From Saprolegnia diclina VS20 (lineage: Eukaryota), in the NCBI RefSeq assembly GCF_000281045.1, contig NW_008246068.1, positions 1,582,981-1,618,056 on the forward strand: a stretch of DNA of 35,076 bases. The letters are read 5' to 3'. A program made the position numbers and the translations under genes. This document shows positions 30,478 to 35,076 of this stretch, one piece after another (positions within the stretch are counted from its first letter, which is position 1; the number at the start of each line of letters is the position of its first letter). Under the pieces are notes generated by a model. That model did no database searches and was not told the origin of the DNA. It saw only the letters and a list, made by a program, of their open reading frames with translations.

Positions 30478-31695
30478 TATGATGCCACAGAGTTGGCTTC
30501 TTGACCGGAGCAGCGACACAATGCACCCGAGGTGACAAAGCTTGTGTGCAGAAGAGCATGGCGACTTCCCATGCAGCGTACGCATGCTTGCATCCTCTAG
30601 CGAGTCCGAGTCGCACCTTAATATACACAATGGTTCTTTCGCATCGATGCTTGGGCTGCTTGAAGCTTGAAGCTTGAGATTGGATTCGGACCGATCCGAA
30701 ATGGATTAAGTTGAATCGAAAATGACTTCGATGATCGTAGTATGCGACCACGTCCGTTGACTCGGGATGTCGGCCAGCAACTCAAATTGAGTTTGGAGGT
30801 GCTCGCTCTTGATGAACGTCCACCGTTGCTGTTCCAAGATGACGTGGACGCCGGTGTTTTATGTTATAAATAGTCCTTTGACCTAGTATATAACTCAATA
30901 TTAGCTCTATATCTCCAATTATTGTTTGGTTGTTTTGTTGGTGAAATGGCAAAATCGTGCAATCGAGATCTTTCGATGCCGCTAAACACCAATCTAAACT
31001 AGATGTATGTATGGACCCTCTCGATTCAAGACTCGACTAGTCGACAAGCAGATCATCGCAGGAACCACGTGGGTCCTTCGTCAAGACGTATGCAAGCACC
31101 ATGCGTGGTACATGCGAGAGCTCGTATAACGACAGTGCCTTGTCTTTCTCACTCGTCGACCAACCCAATACGTGGACGACAGCCCGCTTCCGTATGGGAC
31201 ACGAGCTTGTGGCACCAACAAGCGAGTCCTCTTGACGTCCGACCGCCTGCGCCGTTGATAAGCCAGATCTGACCAACGATTCTAGTTGTTTCTCGTTCTA
31301 GAACTAAGAGAACTCTGGGTGTCGACGCAAAATCACAAACTCATTCTAGTACCGGTACTGGAGAGCGCATTTTATGCATCTGCGATGAACGTCGTCGGTC
31401 GCTCGTCAGTCTGGGTTGCGCGACGCGCGGTCGCTTGGCCTCGAGCCCTCGCCCAGTAAACGCCAAGAAATTGCCTTCGTTTTAGTAGTATCTACTATGT
31501 TAGTCGTATCTCTTGGTCGACTAAGCTGCGAGGTGGGTCGCGTCTGTCGTTGCAGCCGCGCGCTCGGTATACAAACTCCTAGAGTAGCGATCCTATTGGG
31601 TCAGTCGGCCAATATATTATTTCGCCTACAAACTTTCAGATAACATAAAACCGTGGGGAAAAAATAGATTCGAGCTTTGCCATTTCTGGAGAGAC

Positions 31696-34399
31696 ATGGA
31701 GCAGCCGCGGAGTCCATCGCCGGTCCCGCGCCGCAGCCCGTCGGACCAGATCGAGCACCTCACGCAGCACATGTCCATGAAGGTCGCGACGAACGTGCTC
31801 GCCGAGATGAAGCTGCGGTCGCGCAGCACCGTGTCCATGGCGCGGGGCGACTCGTACGCGAGCAGCAACTCGAGCAGCAACGGCGACGACGACAGCAGCG
31901 ACGGGTCGTCGCCCGAGACGTCGCCCATGGCTGCCGTAGCACCACTTCGGTCGCCGCGCCACGCCGACCCGGACGCCAGCGATGCGTCATCGTCCACGGA
32001 GGCGCTGCTCATGCCGGGCAAGGCGTTCCTCCAGAGCTTCTATGCGTTCCTCAAGGAGCACCGCAAGTCGCTTCGCCAGCGCAACCCGCGGCTTCAAGTC
32101 GTGCTCAACCCGCCGTGCCTGCACTACCTCGAGCACTGCTTCTACGCGATGCTCCTCCCGCTCTACGGCCCCGATGGGACCTGCGTCCTGCAGTGGGAGA
32201 CAAAAAAGGACACGCCGGAAGTCACGACCGACGACGCACCGCGCGGTATGTCCAAGACGCAGCGCATGCTCAAGCTCGCCGGCTTTGTGTTGCACATCGT
32301 CGACCTCCACATCCAGACGCTGCCAGACTCGCTCTCGCTACCGTCGCAGTGCAACCTCGGCCTCTTCTCGTCCCTTCTGTACCTCCGCCTCGACAGCATG
32401 CCCCTCAACTTGATCCAGGGTCTAGTGAGCTTCAAGAAGCAGCTCCTTGAGCTCACGCTGCTGCACATTCCGCTGCACTCTGTCGCCGACGTCCTCGGCA
32501 GCATCGAACCGTACGAGGCGACGGACGCTGGCAGCCCGATCTGGTCGTCGCTGACCTCGCTCGGCCTCATCGACTGTGGCCTCACCAAGCTGGATGCGTC
32601 GCTCGCCCTCGCGCCGTCGCTGACGCAGATCAACTTGTCCTCGAACACGCTGACGTCATTGTCGCACCTCGAGAACTGTCCGCAGCTGTCGCATGTCAAC
32701 GTCAGTGGCAACGCGCTCTTGCATTTGGATGGCGCGCACCGGAGCCTCGCGAACGTCACGTCGCTTGTGCTCCACACCAACCAACTGTCGAGCGTCAAGG
32801 GCATCGCCAAGATGTACGGTCTACAGGTACATCGACACTATGTCCACAACGCACATGACACAAAGGACTAGGCACTCGATCTCAGCCACAACGCGATCTC
32901 GTCGCTCTCAGATGTAGCACCACTCGCAGCACTCCCGCTACTGCAGGTCGTCACGCTCACCGGCAATCCGCTCGAGATGGACGAGGACGCGTACCGCCAC
33001 GAGGTGCTGCAGCTCTTTGGGAAAGACGTGCTCTTGGACAGCGTGCCGTGGACACCGTCTGAGCTCCAGCGCGGCTCGTTCACTCGGCGCAAGTCGCTGG
33101 CGGTTGTGACCGAGCTCGACAGTGCGCCTCTCGACCCGCCTCTGGCGCCATCGAGCGACGGCAAACACCGCCACGACGTGCAGTGGCACAAGTCGTTGGC
33201 GCCCGCCAAGCTCTACGACGTTGTCGCGCGCGTTGGCATGACCTGCGTGCTCTTGGTACGCAGGCGTCTACTATGCTTAACTCATCCCACCGCTGTAGGT
33301 GGTCGCGCAGGCCATCGCTACATGTCTGTGGGCCCGCGACGAAGAGAGCGAGACGCTCACGACGCTCGTTGTCAGCGGCATTGGCGGGACAGTCCTTTTG
33401 CTGGCGCTGCCACTGTCGCTGCTCACGTATGTGCTGCAGCAAGCGCACTTGACGTCGCCGCCCGCGCCACCGGCGAGCTCCATGGGGTCGCCCAAGCCGC
33501 CCTTATCACCACGCGTACGTCTCTTTGCATAGAGAAGAAGCCATAGCAACGTCGGCGCGGTAGATGCAACGCGAGCTCGCCGCCAACCACATGTTTCCCG
33601 ATGACGACGATGACGACGACGACGCGTTGCGCTCGGCGACCTCGACAGCGTGCTCGCTGAGTGTGTGGTCGACGGCCCTGGAAGTCCTCGTGGACAACGC
33701 CGAGGTATTAACACTGTGTCTTATCGGATTATATATAACGACTCGTTAGCACATGCCGCTGCAAGACTTTTTGGTCATGTGCCAAGAAACCGCGGGGCTC
33801 CTGCATCTTCTGGGCCCGACCGGCGCGTTTGCGCTCAAGTCTCTCACCCCCGAGCTCGCTCGTTTGGACGTTGCGTGGCGCAACACGGCCAAGGACGCGG
33901 ACGTGACGCTGCAGGCGCTCATGGGTGCCGAAGACACGGACACGGATGGACGCGACGACGTCACGAGGTACGTCTTTGTCTCTAAAGACGCGGGGACTGG
34001 ACGGAAAAGCTAGCAATGTGCTGCGTATCGTGCCTGTGTTGGCGTACGTCAAGAACCTCTGCCTGGAGATGGAGAAGGACCGCGACCTCTCACTGCGCCA
34101 CTGCGCGTCCAAGGCGTACTTGACGTCGGTCGCCAAGCAGCAAAAGCACCCGTGGCTCGTCCAGAAGGCCGTGCTCTCGGCCATGCAACTCAACCCAATG
34201 ACGCGCGAGAGCCTTATTGGTCTCTGGCGCCCGCACGACGGCATCGACGACGACGAAGACGCCGAGGCTTCGCTCATCGAAGAGCGTCTTCACGCCTGCG
34301 GCCACATGCTCGACATTGTCTTGGTAAGTGTCGGCTTGATGTTGTGACGATCTATCTGTGCCTTAGAGACACCTCGAGACGTGGTACGAGTCGCTTTAG
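31696..34399 (+). CDS. Fusion protein: STK11IP/nischarin-like LRR region + two TM helices + glycolipid/ceramide-1-phosphate transfer (GLTP-fold) domain; 7 exons
   Basis: LRRs ('LTQINLSSNTLTSL','LQALDLSHNAISSL','LTGNPL'). In-frame introns 32827-32871, 33256-33298, 33515-33563, 33705-33749, 33968-34013, 34324-34366. GLTP-like 'FLVMCQE..LLHLLG..TLQALMGAE..SNVLRI..SLRHCASKAY..HPWLVQKAV..TRESL'. Stop TAG at 34397-34399. Confidence 0.78.
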
Positions 34400-34539
34400 C
34401 TTCCATAATGACATCCAGCATCGGTCGTTCTCGATGTGCTTCCTGTTCCATTGGGTGGTTAATATCGCTCTTCTGTCTCCAAATGTGACACGATCCTGCT
34501 GCAATAGTTCAACAACAAAAACACTAGTTACATCATATG

Positions 34540-35076
34540 CTACTTCTTTTGGTGGTTGACGAAGCGAAGCGCGATCGCGTTGAGGACCAAGATGATGGCG
34601 ATCCAGCCGAGCGTGGCGAGCGTGTTGGTGCTGGCGTCGTCGTACTTCATCTCGTACACGCCCTCGACGTACTCCTGGAGCGTGATGCTGGAGGCATTGC
34701 CCATCGCTTGGAGGACACTGGGCGGAACGTGCGCGAGCGTCTTGCAGCCGAGTTCGTGGCCTTCCGTGCACTTGGCAAACGTCTCGGCAGCCAGAATGGC
34801 CATGCTAAACTTGGGTGGCACAACGCTGTAGAGCCACCGGAAGCCACTCGGAATCTGCGACGCCGGCGGCGCAAAGCCCATGAAGAGCATAAAGATCGAG
34901 TTGAAGAGGAAGCCGACGAGACCCGCAAGGTCCACATCAGGTAGACAATACGCGAGCAGCTGGCCAAAGTAGACGTGGAAGAGCACCATGAGCGAGAGGT
35001 TGAGTCCGTAGTACAAGCACGCGCCCACCGACTCGTGGAGACCCACAAACGGGTAAAAGATGATGGCGAACGCAAA
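34540..35076 (-). CDS. ABC transporter subfamily G (PDR-like), C-terminal TMD, 5'-truncated by the window edge
   Basis: 'IFYPFVG', 'YFGQLLAYCLP..AGLVG..IFMLFMGFAPPASQIPSGFRWLY..P', 'TLQEYVEGVYEMKYDD', 'ALRFVNHQKK*' match the canonical oomycete PDR C-terminus. Confidence 0.93.
   Translation of the reverse strand, partial: FAFAIIFYPFVGLHESVGACLYYGLNLSLMVLFHVYFGQLLAYCLPDVDLAGLVGFLFNSIFMLFMGFAPPASQIPSGFRWLYSVVPPKFSMAILAAETFAKCTEGHELGCKTLAHVPPSVLQAMGNASSITLQEYVEGVYEMKYDDASTNTLATLGWIAIILVLNAIALRFVNHQKK

Noticed and set aside
1..35076. tRNA, rRNA or autonomous transposase/retroelement genes
   Set aside because: No recognisable cloverleaf, rRNA signature, RT, integrase or DDE motifs seen by eye.

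Overview
Eukaryotic, GC-rich, gene-dense genomic DNA with very short (mostly 40-60 nt) spliceosomal introns. Gene families, codon usage and GTAC...TAG introns point to an oomycete, most likely Saprolegniales (Saprolegnia-like); this is inference. About 15 protein-coding genes can be reconstructed by hand. In order: a GT60 GlcNAc-transferase, an LRR receptor-like pseudokinase, a hypothetical protein, a WRKY19-like Cys/His-repeat protein, IFT70/TTC30 (~20 introns, one GC-AG), a large acidic single-TM protein, a pseudo-receiver-TPR-2x cNMP-binding protein, an EFHC1/RIB72-like DM10 protein, a FAR1-like protein, a probably GPI-anchored LRR protein head-to-head with a paralogous active LRR receptor kinase, an NSF/CDC48-N-SKP1/BTB-cytochrome b5 fusion, an ankyrin protein, an LRR-2TM-GLTP(CPTP/ACD11-like) fusion, and the 3' end of an ABCG/PDR transporter. 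A ~340 bp MITE with TIRs and a TSD lies at 13049-13405. The most interesting signals are the three unusual domain fusions and the receptor kinase / GPI co-receptor / pseudokinase trio. All domain calls are by eye, not by database search.
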